This document shows, in pieces, positions 1-10,263 of a stretch of DNA of 64,000 nt; the first letter of the stretch is position 1; each line of letters opens with the position of its first letter. This DNA is from Candidatus Latescibacterota bacterium (lineage in GTDB: Bacteria; Latescibacterota; UBA2968; UBA8231). Made by a program: the position numbers and the translations under genes. A model generated the notes under the pieces. The model made no database searches. It saw only the letters and a program-made list of their open reading frames with translations, and had not been told where the DNA came from. Location: the NCBI GenBank assembly GCA_965243025.1, contig CBDETY010000003.1, forward strand, positions 6,016,001-6,080,000. The letters run 5' to 3'.

Positions 1-169
1 AGCTCCACCCTCCCTGGGTGCGGCGGAACAAATACCTCGACATTCCCCCGCCCATCAAGGGCCCGCTGTGCCCTGGGTATTTGGCGCGAAAGCAGGGGCG
101 GGAATGAGGGTGGGAGCCTGGTGGATCCCGCGGCGGGATTCACGCGGACCTTGCCCGCCGCCTCTAACT

Positions 170-1643
170 CTAATAGGCCATGCCCAGCCCATTGCCCGTC
201 GTTCCGGTGAAATAGTCGACGATCAGCCAGAATCCCCCGGCGACGAACTGCCCGAGGATCAACCCGTAGAACAGGGGCCAGAGCGAGCGGTACGCCTTCA
301 GGCCGCCGTACTTCAGGAGGACGATCTTGAGCAGCCAGGCGAGAAAGACCGGGAACCAGGCGGTGTCCATCACCCGGTCCATGCTGACGACGAACCCGAG
401 AGGGTGCAGCGGCCACCACAGGAAGCGGCGGTTCAGGAAGAGAAGGCCGGCCATCACTCCCGCCCCGGACAGCCGGATGAGCCAGCCCAGCCAGTTCGGC
501 CCCGCGTTCTCGTCGACCCGCCGCCCCACGTACTCCCAGGTGAAGTCGGGCAGACCTTCGACGAAGCGGGCGACGTTCACACCCCCCTCGCGGTAGGTGA
601 TCGACAGCGACATCCAGAAGGTGCTGACCCCGGATACGGCGATGGCGAGGGCGATCGCCAGCAGCAGCCAGCGCTTCCGGCGGGCGATCTCGCCGCTCAG
701 CTTCAACCCGGTGGCGGTGTGCGCCATCATCGTGCTCGCCAGCGATTCCGTCCAGATCACCGTCGGCCCCAGCGCCGCCATCCCCGCAGGCCCCAGGTAG
801 CGCACCCCGATCCCGGAGACCGCGAAATCCAGGGGGATGTTGCGCGGAAACACCATCGGCAGCCCGGCCTCGGCGATGATGCGCGTCAGGCTGAGGAAGG
901 TCACCAGCGCCCCGAACAGGAACAGCGGCCCGGCCCACAGGGGAAGCCCGGCGCGCCACAACCACAGGATCATCACCGCCAGCCCGAGGATCACCCCCCA
1001 CACCGCGGTGCGGTAGGACAGGATCTCGCCGGAATCGTCGACGGATGGGTCGCCGCGGAACGCCTTGCGGAACACCGACCGCAGGTGCCCACGGGCTATC
1101 CACAGGCCGAACAGCACCAGGGCTATCATCGCCCCGATGCTCTGGTGCGCGAGGATTCCGTTTACGCCGCCGCCCCCGCCGTAGCGGGACAGCGCTTCCC
1201 CGATGCCGGCGCCGGTCATGTGCAGCACCCCCTCCTCGAGGCGCCGCAGCAGGTGAAACACCCACATCCCGAGCATGACGTCCGACTTGAGGAAGTAGGC
1301 GAACCCGAGGATCATCAGGTTCAGCGAGAAAGAGGCGTGGGAAACTCCCCGCAGCAGTTGAATGCTCCCGAAATGCCGCGGAACGACAGGGACGAACGGG
1401 AAGTAGTGGTTGAGCGCGTTGAGGCTCTCGCGGCCGAACGAGATCAGCAGCCCCACCCACATCAGGCCCTTCCTGAAAAAGGGGGCCACCAGCCCACCGC
1501 CGGGCGGCGGTTCGACCATCGCCAGGGGGACCTTGGTGATGGGGTAGATCAGGTGTTCGTGCTCCACCCACTGGCGGCGCAGGATCACCATGGCGCAGAT
1601 GCTGACCGTCCACAGGGCCATCATGAACAGCAGCCACCAGAAC
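170..1643 (-). pseudogene. 3' part (~490 aa) of a polytopic membrane protein (DUF6785/DUF6784-like putative transporter), interrupted by the 40-kb element
   Basis: Many hydrophobic segments; motifs WVEHEHLIYPI and WWPLHPLGF. It joins in frame with 42068-42569 after removing the element and one TSD copy (..WLPPLFWW|LLFMMALW..). Family name from recall. Confidence 0.85.
1636..1643 (+). repeat. Left 8-bp target-site duplication ACCAGAAC
   Basis: Identical to 42068-42075; both abut the terminal inverted repeats. Confidence 0.95.
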
Positions 1644-1850
1644 GGGATATATGTATTTAATTACACAAGACAATTTTAGTAATCTGGTCCGCGAATTTAA
1701 AAGAAATCTGGTATATTATAATAGAGAAAATGCAGAGAAATGGACATCCCCCGTCCCACTGTTTAGCCGGGAGATGGGGATGTCGGCTGGCTGGCCATTT
1801 CACATGATTGCCTGCTGATTCCGGAAACCTGCCAGATTGGCACCCTGGGG
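1644..1850 (+). repeat. Left terminal inverted repeat plus ~200-bp subterminal segment
   Basis: Aligns to the reverse complement of ~41862-42067 with scattered mismatches; AT-rich. Confidence 0.92.
1709..1722 (+). promoter_or_regulatory. Inward-pointing extended -10-like element (TGgTATATT/TATAAT)
   Basis: tggtatattataat; the right-end counterpart is a perfect TGgTATAAT. Confidence 0.4.
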
Positions 1851-2448
1851 TCGGGATCGATGCGAGCATCATTTTCTGTGTGCAGGCTGCCCTTGGGGGT
1901 GACCAGAGATCATTCCGTTTGGTCGACAAGATGGCAAGCAGGATGACTGAGGATTCCTCTGGTGCAGGCTGAGCTTACGCGCAAGAAGACGACACCCTGG
2001 ATCGGAGCCACCGCTCTGATGGAGGAGGAACCGGGATTCCTGCCCTGATCTGAATCGGCGACTCGCAGCAGCATTTCATGGCGTTCTCAAAGTCAGGCAA
2101 TCCGCATCCAGCGATGTGTCCGGATTCGCAGGTACCCCTCCCCTGAGTCGGCACCGTGGCTCGAGAAGGCCACCGCTCTGATGGAGGAGAGGATGTGCGA
2201 GCCCCCCCGGAATCTGCAAAGCCGTCGTCGTCGAGGTGAGGAGGAGATCATTCGGTTTGGTTGACAAGTTGGCAAGGCAAGCTGGATCTCATTCCGGCGG
2301 CCGGTGATGCTGACCGGAGCAACGGGGCAGCAGGTCATCTTATCTTGCTGACCATTCGAGAAGATTTTCCCTGCATCCAAACCACAGTTGAGAGTCGATT
2401 CCGTTCCGCCGGCTATGCGCAAGCCGGCAGCGAGATGTCCCTTGCCGA

Positions 2449-3453
2449 CTACTCGAAAAGCTTCGCCCTTTCCTTCGACCGATGGTGCGTGTAGGGAACC
2501 GGAGGAATTTCCGTCGCCAGCAGATCCCGGTAGCTCAGCCGTTTCCCCAGCATCCCTCGAACGAGGTATTCCATCTGATCCAGGAGAGCCATTCCCCGGA
2601 TATTGTACCTGCCGACGATCTCCTTCAGGTAGCGGGAAAAATACTTGGGGGACACGTGCCGGTAGGTCCCGAAAATAACAGCCTTCAACTTGGCCCAGAA
2701 CGCTTCGATGGTGTTGGTATGGGCCTCGTCCCGGACGTATTCGCCTTGTTGGTGGTTGACGACCAGGTGCCTGCCCGGCCATTTCAAGGCCGCATAGACC
2801 GGGGCCTCGTCGGTGCACAGGGTTTCATTTTCTTCCAGCTGACCCTCTACGAAGGGGGCCACGGTCCCGTGATCGGCATGGAAGATCACCTCGGCGGCCG
2901 CCCTGCGGCTTTCCCGGTCTGCCCCTCCGAGCACCTGAACCCTGCCCTTCCTCCAGTTGCGACCGAACTTCTTGTCGGCGTGCCTCTTCTTGTCGTTTCC
3001 TCCGACCCAGGCTTCGTCCACCTCGAGGAACCTGCTGCGCAGCGGTTCGGGATCCGGCCAGCCTTCCCGGAGGCGGTGCAGCATGAACGAGGCCGACCGG
3101 TAGTTGAGTTCGAGTTTGCGGCTCAGCTGCACGGCGTTGATCCCCATCGGGTCGGACAGATACAGCCAGATGCCGAAAGCCCAATTCCGATAGGAGATCC
3201 TGGAGCGGTACAGTACCGTTCCGATGCGCACGCTGAACCGCTTTTGGCAGTCGCTGCACCGGTAGGGCATGGGTTTCCGGCCGGGACATTCCGATATCCT
3301 GCCGTCGCAGCCGCAGTGCGGACAGCGTATGAATTCGGGCAGGCCGTCTACCCTCTTCCCCCATCTGATCTTCTCGATCCATCTCTCTGCTGCTGCATTG
3401 TCTGGAAACAGTCTGTACAAATCAATCAACGAGACATCTTTACCCTTACTCAT
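2449..3453 (-). CDS. IS1595-family (ISXO2-like DDE) transposase, left arm
   Basis: Zn ribbon CPHCG..YRCSDC; catalytic motifs EVDEAWVGG, CTDEAPVY, HTNTIEAFW; C-terminal YLKE..GRYN..GKRLSYRDL. Confidence 0.95.
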   Translation of the reverse strand: MSKGKDVSLIDLYRLFPDNAAAERWIEKIRWGKRVDGLPEFIRCPHCGCDGRISECPGRKPMPYRCSDCQKRFSVRIGTVLYRSRISYRNWAFGIWLYLSDPMGINAVQLSRKLELNYRSASFMLHRLREGWPDPEPLRSRFLEVDEAWVGGNDKKRHADKKFGRNWRKGRVQVLGGADRESRRAAAEVIFHADHGTVAPFVEGQLEENETLCTDEAPVYAALKWPGRHLVVNHQQGEYVRDEAHTNTIEAFWAKLKAVIFGTYRHVSPKYFSRYLKEIVGRYNIRGMALLDQMEYLVRGMLGKRLSYRDLLATEIPPVPYTHHRSKERAKLFE

Positions 3454-4150
3454 CCTTACTGACCTTCGGGCCGTGGAATACCGTACTGGAGACCTGCGGC
3501 CCTCAACAAATAGTGTGATTCACGCTCCCATGGCAGTCCTTTCGGGTTTCGTGGGAAGGTGACTCTGCCGGAATGTCACCGACAGATGGGACTGGGGAAG
3601 CGGCGGTGGATCCTGCGGCTTCCCGTTGCATGTGCCTCTAGTGTAACCGGTTTGAGCTAAACAACCAAATCGGCTTCCGAGTTTTTCCAGAAAATCTCGT
3701 AATGGGGGCGGGAAACTTTAGTCTCTGCAAGCGGAGGAGGGGGGATGGTGGGGGAGGCCGGAGGAGGATCTCAGTCCGTATCGGGTTTCCGGGAGACTCC
3801 GGAACTGCCGGTGGGGTGGCGCTGAGGGATACCATCTGGGGGTGCTGTTCCTCGATGGGAGGGCCTTGCCGACGTGGATATCTGCATCGCCTTCGGTGCA
3901 GGCCGTCGAACGATCTGCTTCGGCTTCTTCCCTGGCATGGTCTTTGCCGAGGCCCAAGACCGGCAGGCTCCATCGGAGGATTCCCCGGTTGCCAGTCTGG
4001 ATCCCACCGGCTCAGGCGGGCGCTGGGAAAGAGGGGTATTCTCCGTAGGAGAATGCAGAGGCGGAAATCGGCACGGTGGATCGGAGTCCCCCGGCTTCTG
4101 AACGAGGGAGGGTGGTCTCAGTCCGGATCGGTGCCTGGGGGATTCAGGGT
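3454..4150 (+). repeat. Non-coding inner part of left arm (inverted homologue of ~39530-40268)
   Basis: Near-identical to the right arm up to ~3820, then degenerate similarity to ~4150. Confidence 0.85.
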
Positions 4151-4333
4151 GTCGAGGGTGCTGGCTGCCCGGAACTACGAGGTGAGGGTATCCCGAAAGC
4201 CTGGCGAACCGGCAAGCCGTGAGTGCCCCCTGGCACGGTCCTTGCAGGACTACGCTGCGAAAAAGGGGGTATTCTCCGCGGGACCCCGCTGAGGGCAGGG
4301 TCCCGTACTCACTTTCACCGCCGTGCCCTCCGC

Positions 4334-7300
4334 CTACTTGAGCAGCAGCATCTTCTTGACGTCGGCGAACTCACCTCCAACCTGGACGCGGTAGAAGTAA
4401 ATCCCCGACGACATGCTCTGGCCGCGGTCGTTGGTGGCGTCCCACTGGACTGCGTAGCGGCCGGCAGTCTGGCGCTCGTTGACCAGAGTCCTGACTACCT
4501 GCCCCAGCATGTTGTAAACCTCCAGCTTCACGTCACCGGCTTCCGGCAAGTCGTACTTGAGGGTGGTCTCCGGGTTGAACGGGTTCGGGAAGTTGTTCCG
4601 AAGCGCGTACACCTCGGGACGGGTCTGAATCCGAACCGAAACCGGAGTGTCCAGACTGTTCAAGCCGTAATTGCCGTCTCTCAACTCGCCGCTGAGGATC
4701 TCGATGTAGCTGTCCTCGATCTCCCTGAGAGAGCGGAATACGAGGTTCAACCCGAGATCGCCCTCGGTGCCTACGTCTCCGTAAGCGACGAGCGACACGA
4801 GACCGTCCTTGTTGGCAACCACATGACCGTCCGCGAACTCGCCGGTACCGAGGATGCTGTTCTCCACCTCGGTGCCTACGTAGGTCAGGAGCTGCGGATC
4901 GTAGCTGACGCTCAACCCGTAACCCTTGAGCTCGGCGAAGTCCTGCAGGCTGACGGCGATGGCCATCTCTTCCCCGACCCTCGGCAACTCGAGGCCGGCG
5001 TCGAGGTAGAAGCGGGCGTCGCTGTTCAGACCGGCCATGAAGTTGGGCAAGCCCTTCCCAACACCCTCGATCTCCCTGCCGAAGAAATCGGCAAAGGTGA
5101 AGAAGTCGTTGAGGTCGATCTTGTTGTTCTGACTCAGGTCGAACGCGGGCTCGAAGGATTCGTCTTCAGCCGTGAGACCGAACTGGTCCGCGAGGATGAA
5201 GAAGTCATCGAAGCCCACCTGGTTGTCCGCCCCGAACAGACCGAAGACGGCCTTGCCGTTGGAGTCGAAGACACGGTTCCGGATCGCCATCGCGGTCTTC
5301 TCCATGATGGTTTCACCGAGGTTGTCCTGGTCGAAGGGGCGGACCTGGTAGGTGTAACGAATCCCGTTGAAGACCATCTGGTCCTCGAAGGAAGTCGAGC
5401 CACCCGGAGCCTCGCCTACGACTTCGTACGCCGCGTCTCCGATCCTGCGGAACACTTTGTATCCCTTAACACCGGCAGTCGTGTAGATCTGACCGCCGAC
5501 AGCCTGTCCGACCGAAGTGGTAACCATGTGGTCATCCGGAGACTTCGCCCAGGAGACCGTTATGCTGCCACCCGCGTCGCCCGGGGTATCCAGGACCCTC
5601 ATGTAAGGAATGGCTCCCGGAGGAATGTTGTCGATCGCCCGAACGGCTTCCGACCGCACTCTCTCGGACAGGTAAGCGTTGTCTACAGCCTTCATCAAGG
5701 GAGCGATCCCCTTGGTGGAGAAGGCAATGGCCTCCGGAGTCAAGGCGGCGAACAGCGGACCGTCCGAAACCTTCGGCTGGACGGCAGACTCTTTGCTCAT
5801 CGCCATCGTCTGAGCCATCACCTCGTAAGGATTGGAGAGGCTCATCCCAGGCATGAAAGCCTGCTTGCTCGCCGGGACCACATACTCGGCGGCAACCTCG
5901 AACGCCGTGGCATCCGAATCGAGAGTCGCTACCACGACCCGCATGAGACCCGGATCGGGAACGGCGTCGACGAACGCCCACGGAATGAAAGCCATGGCGT
6001 CCTCTTCCTGCACTATGCTGCCGTCTTCCCCGAGGACGTGGGTTACGGCGATCTCACGATAAATGCGGTACCCGTCGATGATGTCGTGGTTGTCCGACGG
6101 GTCGAAGGTCAGGAGGACGAAACCGCCCTGGTCGCCATTGCCGAGCGCACCTCTGAAGTCCTCGGCGATGAGGGTATCAGGAGCATCGATCTCCTCGACC
6201 GGCGGTCCGACCGGGGGCCGTCCAGGATCGACGGGGTCACCCTCGACATTGATCACACCGGAGACGCCGTGGATGAAAGTGTCACCCTGCTGCACGATGT
6301 CTCTGACAGTAACAACCATTGTCGCAAACGATGTAGAGAGACCGGAATTGGCGATGAAGCTGCCCGTTCCGTCCCGGATGGGCACATCACCGGCCGGGAC
6401 GATTGCGCCGATCTGGTTGGCCGTGACATTCACGAAACGGCTGTCCTTTTCGCGGACGTTCCCGAACGAGTCGGCGATGCTGACCTCGACAGTGAAGTCC
6501 TCACCCCTGGTAACGGGATCCGCCGGCCCTGCAACAATGAGCTTTGCATAGGCATCGTCCTGAACCAGGACCGTGTCGCGCAACTCAAATGCACCATCGA
6601 CACTTCCGCCCTGCAAGCTGAACACGAGCTTACCGTCGGAAACGGTGTCGCGAATGGCCACCGTCCGCTTTCCGTCGGAACCCCAGCCGTCGTCGTCCAG
6701 AGTGATGACGTTGCCTCCGCCGTCCGGCTGGGAAGCTCCGGGGCTGCTCTTCTCGACCAGATCAACGCCCTGACCGCCGATTACCGTCAAAGTGGCTTCC
6801 TCCCTGTAGAGGAAGGCCGTCTTGTCGTCCTCGGTCTGGGCCTGAAGGGTTACCAACACGACCTTGCCGGCATTGATCATCAGCATCTTGTCGTCGTCAA
6901 GGTCGTCCTTGTTGTCGTCCTTGAATCCCCTCAGCTTGAACTGGTCCGACTTATCCGACTGACCAGCAATCGTGACCTTGAAGTTTTCAGCAGGCACCAA
7001 CTCGTGGTCCTCGTCGAAGGTAAAGGTGTCAGGACCGGCCTGCGTCCAGTTTCCGGCGGCGTCCCTGGCGTCGATTCGGACATAGTACATCTTGCCGTCC
7101 TCGAGACCGGTCACGCTCAACTCGGTAAAGGTATCCTTCGCCAGGCCATCGCCTCCGATGGTCAGGGTGTCGTTCTTGGAGGCATCAGCAGACCCCGGAC
7201 CGAGGTGCTTGTAGATAACGGCCAGGGTGTCAGCGTCCTTGTTCAACTCCACGCTGACATTGGCGCTGGCGGCCCCCAAGGTCCTGAGGTCATCGTCCGA

Positions 7301-9469
7301 CCCGTCCATGATCGGGAACTTGTGGGTGAAGCCGATGTCCTTGAGATCGAGGGTAACGCCGCTTCGCGTCTCCTTCGGCCCTTCGTTTCCGGCAATGTCC
7401 ATGGCGACGAACTCGAAGACGTAGTCCGTCTTCCCGTCCGACAGGAGGGCGCCTTCAAAGCCGTCTTTCCTCGCAACCGTAAACGAACCTGCCGCGTCGA
7501 ACTGGCCGGCGTTGTCGCCGCCTTTGTCCTTCCAAATGTCCACGATATCATTGGCATCGATGTCACCGGCAGGGCCAGCGGCCATCATCTTGCTCAGATC
7601 GATCGCGATTCTGCTGTCGGTCTTCAGCCCTGCATAACTGAAATCCAGCACCTTGGCATCGTCGCTGCTGCCCTCGCTCTTGATTTCCACAACCACGTCC
7701 GGCCTATCCGCAAGCCTGCTCTTCAAGGTGAGCTTGAGCTGACCGAGCGTCTCATTCGGCACGTAGACCGGCGGATTCTCGTCGGCAGGCAGGTCGACAT
7801 CCCTGTTGGGTCCACCGCCGGAAACCCTGTCCCCGCCCAGGGGGGCGTGAACGAGGGTGTCACCACCGTCATCAACCGGCTTAATCCCGGCTATGATGGT
7901 AGCTCCACCGTTCTTGATTTCCGTGACCCCGGTCCCCGCTGCGCGGGAGGCCAGGGACGGCTTCACTCCGTCAACAAGAATAGCCGTGGTGACGGAGGCA
8001 GGATCTACCCCGTCGCCATCTATCGAGAAGCTTGCAGCCGTGTTTCCGGCGCCATCCTGGATATTGGCCGTCAATACCAGCGGCGCATCCGAAAGATCCG
8101 GGTACTCGTTCTCGGCGATAGCGTCCTTGTGCTGCAGGATGGTTTTTCGGGATCCATCGGATTTCTCAAAGTACCCCGAGGCGTCCGCAGTTGATACCTT
8201 GCCTCCTGCCTTTACGACAATTGACCAATCCCCTTGAAGGTTCGTCCGGATATTGCCGTACTCGTCATCGTTCAACTCGATATAGGCAATAAGCGTATCC
8301 TGGATTCCCAGGACGATTCGATCGGTCGGAAGCTTGCCCGCCCCTATCAAGGATACCGCGTCAGCCGAATTGCCATCGGCGTCTACCGTCAAACCTCCGA
8401 GGGCGGTAAACCCTGTTGCATATCGAAGATCAGCCCCTTTGAGCTCCTTGGCGTAACCGAGACCTGCAACATCCACCGCGTGGAAGTCGCCATCCGTTCG
8501 ACCCACAAGAGCCGAAATTCCGTCTCTATCGCCATCCGAACCATCCGTTGCTGAGGCATCTGGCTCGTCAGCATCCATCTTGAACCCAAAACCGTCCTCC
8601 TTAAACGGCCTCGAGAAATGCAGATAATTCCCCTGAACCGGACGGTCGCCGTCAATCTTCATCGAGTTGTCCGAAAGGACTATGGACGAATAGGCAGTTC
8701 CATCTCTAACGACAGCCGCCGCATAAACCTCGTCGTGCTCGCCCATGATTTCAGAGCCCGTCGAGTACCATCTGATCAGGTACCTCGTATCAACGGCTAT
8801 GTTCTTGTGCTTGCTCTCCGCGATCTTGGAATCGTCGATGCCTGTCCCGGTTATAAACAGCGAGTCGGCATCGCCTACCCATTTCCTGTCCGCCTCGGGA
8901 GTGGGAGTATCACCTTCTGCAGGAATATCGTTCCGGTCCGTTCCGCGGTCCGCTGTCCGAAAGGCAGCAAACGGGTTATCGGCACCGGGAGCATCCGCGT
9001 AAGAACTGCCTCTCACCGGGGCATCAATGGTGGCCCCTGTGGTGGTGGCTTCATTGATTATGGCCGGCGAGGCGCCAACAGTGAAAGGGGCTATACTGGA
9101 TGAGGTGCCAAATGCCCCATCGAGAAATGCCGCAGCAGTTCCGCCGCCGAAATTACTGGCGTGTTGAGCAAGCCTTTCTTTGCCCCGAACGTCGTTGTCC
9201 CAACCGCTTTCAACGATCAAGGTGTCGGTCACATTCCCGTCGTTGTCTTTCTCAAGCGCAACAAGAAAGACTGCAACCTCAAGCGCCGGGTCTTCGTCGA
9301 AGTCCTGCACCGTGACATCGACCTGGAAGACGCCGTCGATTCCGACCAGCCCCCCCTTCTTGATGGTCACGCCCTCGACCGTCTGCGCCAGAAGCTCACC
9401 GCTTCCTATCGGGCCCAGACCTACGAGACCCAGGAGCGTCAGGATAATCCACTGTCTGCTACGATGCAT
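4334..9469 (-). CDS. Large secreted acidic surface protein (~1711 aa) with C-terminal dockerin-like EF-hand pair, cohesin-like domain and FlgD-Ig/T9SS type A sorting domain
   Basis: RBS aaggagg before ATG 9469; signal peptide MHRSRQWIILTLLGLVGL..LLAQ; FGADNQVGFDDFFILADQFG..FDLSQNNKIDLNDFFTFADFFG; tail NFPNPFNPETT..SSGIYFYRV..KKMLLLK. Confidence 0.9.
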   Translation of the reverse strand: MHRSRQWIILTLLGLVGLGPIGSGELLAQTVEGVTIKKGGLVGIDGVFQVDVTVQDFDEDPALEVAVFLVALEKDNDGNVTDTLIVESGWDNDVRGKERLAQHASNFGGGTAAAFLDGAFGTSSSIAPFTVGASPAIINEATTTGATIDAPVRGSSYADAPGADNPFAAFRTADRGTDRNDIPAEGDTPTPEADRKWVGDADSLFITGTGIDDSKIAESKHKNIAVDTRYLIRWYSTGSEIMGEHDEVYAAAVVRDGTAYSSIVLSDNSMKIDGDRPVQGNYLHFSRPFKEDGFGFKMDADEPDASATDGSDGDRDGISALVGRTDGDFHAVDVAGLGYAKELKGADLRYATGFTALGGLTVDADGNSADAVSLIGAGKLPTDRIVLGIQDTLIAYIELNDDEYGNIRTNLQGDWSIVVKAGGKVSTADASGYFEKSDGSRKTILQHKDAIAENEYPDLSDAPLVLTANIQDGAGNTAASFSIDGDGVDPASVTTAILVDGVKPSLASRAAGTGVTEIKNGGATIIAGIKPVDDGGDTLVHAPLGGDRVSGGGPNRDVDLPADENPPVYVPNETLGQLKLTLKSRLADRPDVVVEIKSEGSSDDAKVLDFSYAGLKTDSRIAIDLSKMMAAGPAGDIDANDIVDIWKDKGGDNAGQFDAAGSFTVARKDGFEGALLSDGKTDYVFEFVAMDIAGNEGPKETRSGVTLDLKDIGFTHKFPIMDGSDDDLRTLGAASANVSVELNKDADTLAVIYKHLGPGSADASKNDTLTIGGDGLAKDTFTELSVTGLEDGKMYYVRIDARDAAGNWTQAGPDTFTFDEDHELVPAENFKVTIAGQSDKSDQFKLRGFKDDNKDDLDDDKMLMINAGKVVLVTLQAQTEDDKTAFLYREEATLTVIGGQGVDLVEKSSPGASQPDGGGNVITLDDDGWGSDGKRTVAIRDTVSDGKLVFSLQGGSVDGAFELRDTVLVQDDAYAKLIVAGPADPVTRGEDFTVEVSIADSFGNVREKDSRFVNVTANQIGAIVPAGDVPIRDGTGSFIANSGLSTSFATMVVTVRDIVQQGDTFIHGVSGVINVEGDPVDPGRPPVGPPVEEIDAPDTLIAEDFRGALGNGDQGGFVLLTFDPSDNHDIIDGYRIYREIAVTHVLGEDGSIVQEEDAMAFIPWAFVDAVPDPGLMRVVVATLDSDATAFEVAAEYVVPASKQAFMPGMSLSNPYEVMAQTMAMSKESAVQPKVSDGPLFAALTPEAIAFSTKGIAPLMKAVDNAYLSERVRSEAVRAIDNIPPGAIPYMRVLDTPGDAGGSITVSWAKSPDDHMVTTSVGQAVGGQIYTTAGVKGYKVFRRIGDAAYEVVGEAPGGSTSFEDQMVFNGIRYTYQVRPFDQDNLGETIMEKTAMAIRNRVFDSNGKAVFGLFGADNQVGFDDFFILADQFGLTAEDESFEPAFDLSQNNKIDLNDFFTFADFFGREIEGVGKGLPNFMAGLNSDARFYLDAGLELPRVGEEMAIAVSLQDFAELKGYGLSVSYDPQLLTYVGTEVENSILGTGEFADGHVVANKDGLVSLVAYGDVGTEGDLGLNLVFRSLREIEDSYIEILSGELRDGNYGLNSLDTPVSVRIQTRPEVYALRNNFPNPFNPETTLKYDLPEAGDVKLEVYNMLGQVVRTLVNERQTAGRYAVQWDATNDRGQSMSSGIYFYRVQVGGEFADVKKMLLLK

Positions 9470-9519
9470 CTTTTCCTCCTTATTCAGGAATGATTTCCCT
9501 CGACAGAATTCCACGGGCC

Positions 9520-9833
9520 ATCTCCCGATTCCAACCCGAACTCTGCGGTTTGAGGGGGGCGACGAGGTGCTGGCGGAGACGGTGGAGGGGATTCCACCTG
9601 TCTACGCCGACGATACCTTGTTCGACATGTTCTCCCCACAGATTGCCGAGCTTTTGCGAAAATAGGGCGTCACTCGTCTGTACCAGCATCAGGCGGACGC
9701 CGTATCGGAGGGGATGTCGGGCGCCAATGTGGTGTTGCAGGCGCCTACCGCCAGCGGCAAGACCTTCGCCTTTCAGATTCCCCTGATGGAGCGGTTGATG
9801 CGCGAGGGAGGTCATGCCTTGATGATCTACCCG
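9520..9833 (+). pseudogene. N-terminal fragment of a DEAD/DEAH helicase (YprA/MrfA-like)
   Basis: GVTRLYQHQADA..NVVLQAPTASGKT..ALMIYP (Q motif, Walker A, motif Ia); in-frame TAG at 9663; truncated by IS21 DNA. Confidence 0.75.
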
Positions 9834-10263
9834 AGAAGAACCGTCTGTCTGTCCTGCTCCAGACGCTGACCCGACCCGACCTGCTGGTCCTGGACGAGGT
9901 CGGCTACATGCCCCTGGAGCGCCAGGACGCCACCTTCCTCTTCGAAGTGGTCAGCAAGCGCTACGAGGCGCTCAAGTCCATCACCCTGACCAGCAACAAG
10001 AGCTATGGCACCTGGAACGAGATCCTTCCGATCCGGTGCTGGCCACCGCGCTCCTGGATCGCTTGTTACACCACTCCTCCACCATCAACATCCGGGGGGA
10101 CAGCTACCGGCTGCGGCATCCTCGCCAGGCCGGATTCACCACCGGGGAAACCCCTCGTCAACCGGAAGGAGAAAACATGCGCTGACAGAATCCAGCCGCG
10201 TGGGGTAGAAAAGTGTCCAATTTTAAACCGTTGGAACTGTCAACTTTGAAACCGTTCTTGACA
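9832..10263 (+). mobile_element. istB: IS21-family fragment (3' istB plus right IR)
   Basis: LLVLDEVGY..TSNKSYGTW..LLDRLLHH; ends ..ccgttcttgaca; near-identical to the inverted copy at 32675-33107; frameshifted. Confidence 0.9.

Noticed and set aside
68-1660. 530-aa plus-strand ORF
   Set aside because: Antisense shadow of the membrane-protein gene; crosses the element boundary; no motifs.
3638-4292. ORFs within the inner arm repeats
   Set aside because: Frames are not conserved between homologous copies; indels are not multiples of three.
4223-8194. 1323-aa plus-strand ORF
   Set aside because: Antisense frame of the GC-biased surface-protein gene; the same applies to 25945-28404 and 35496-37958.
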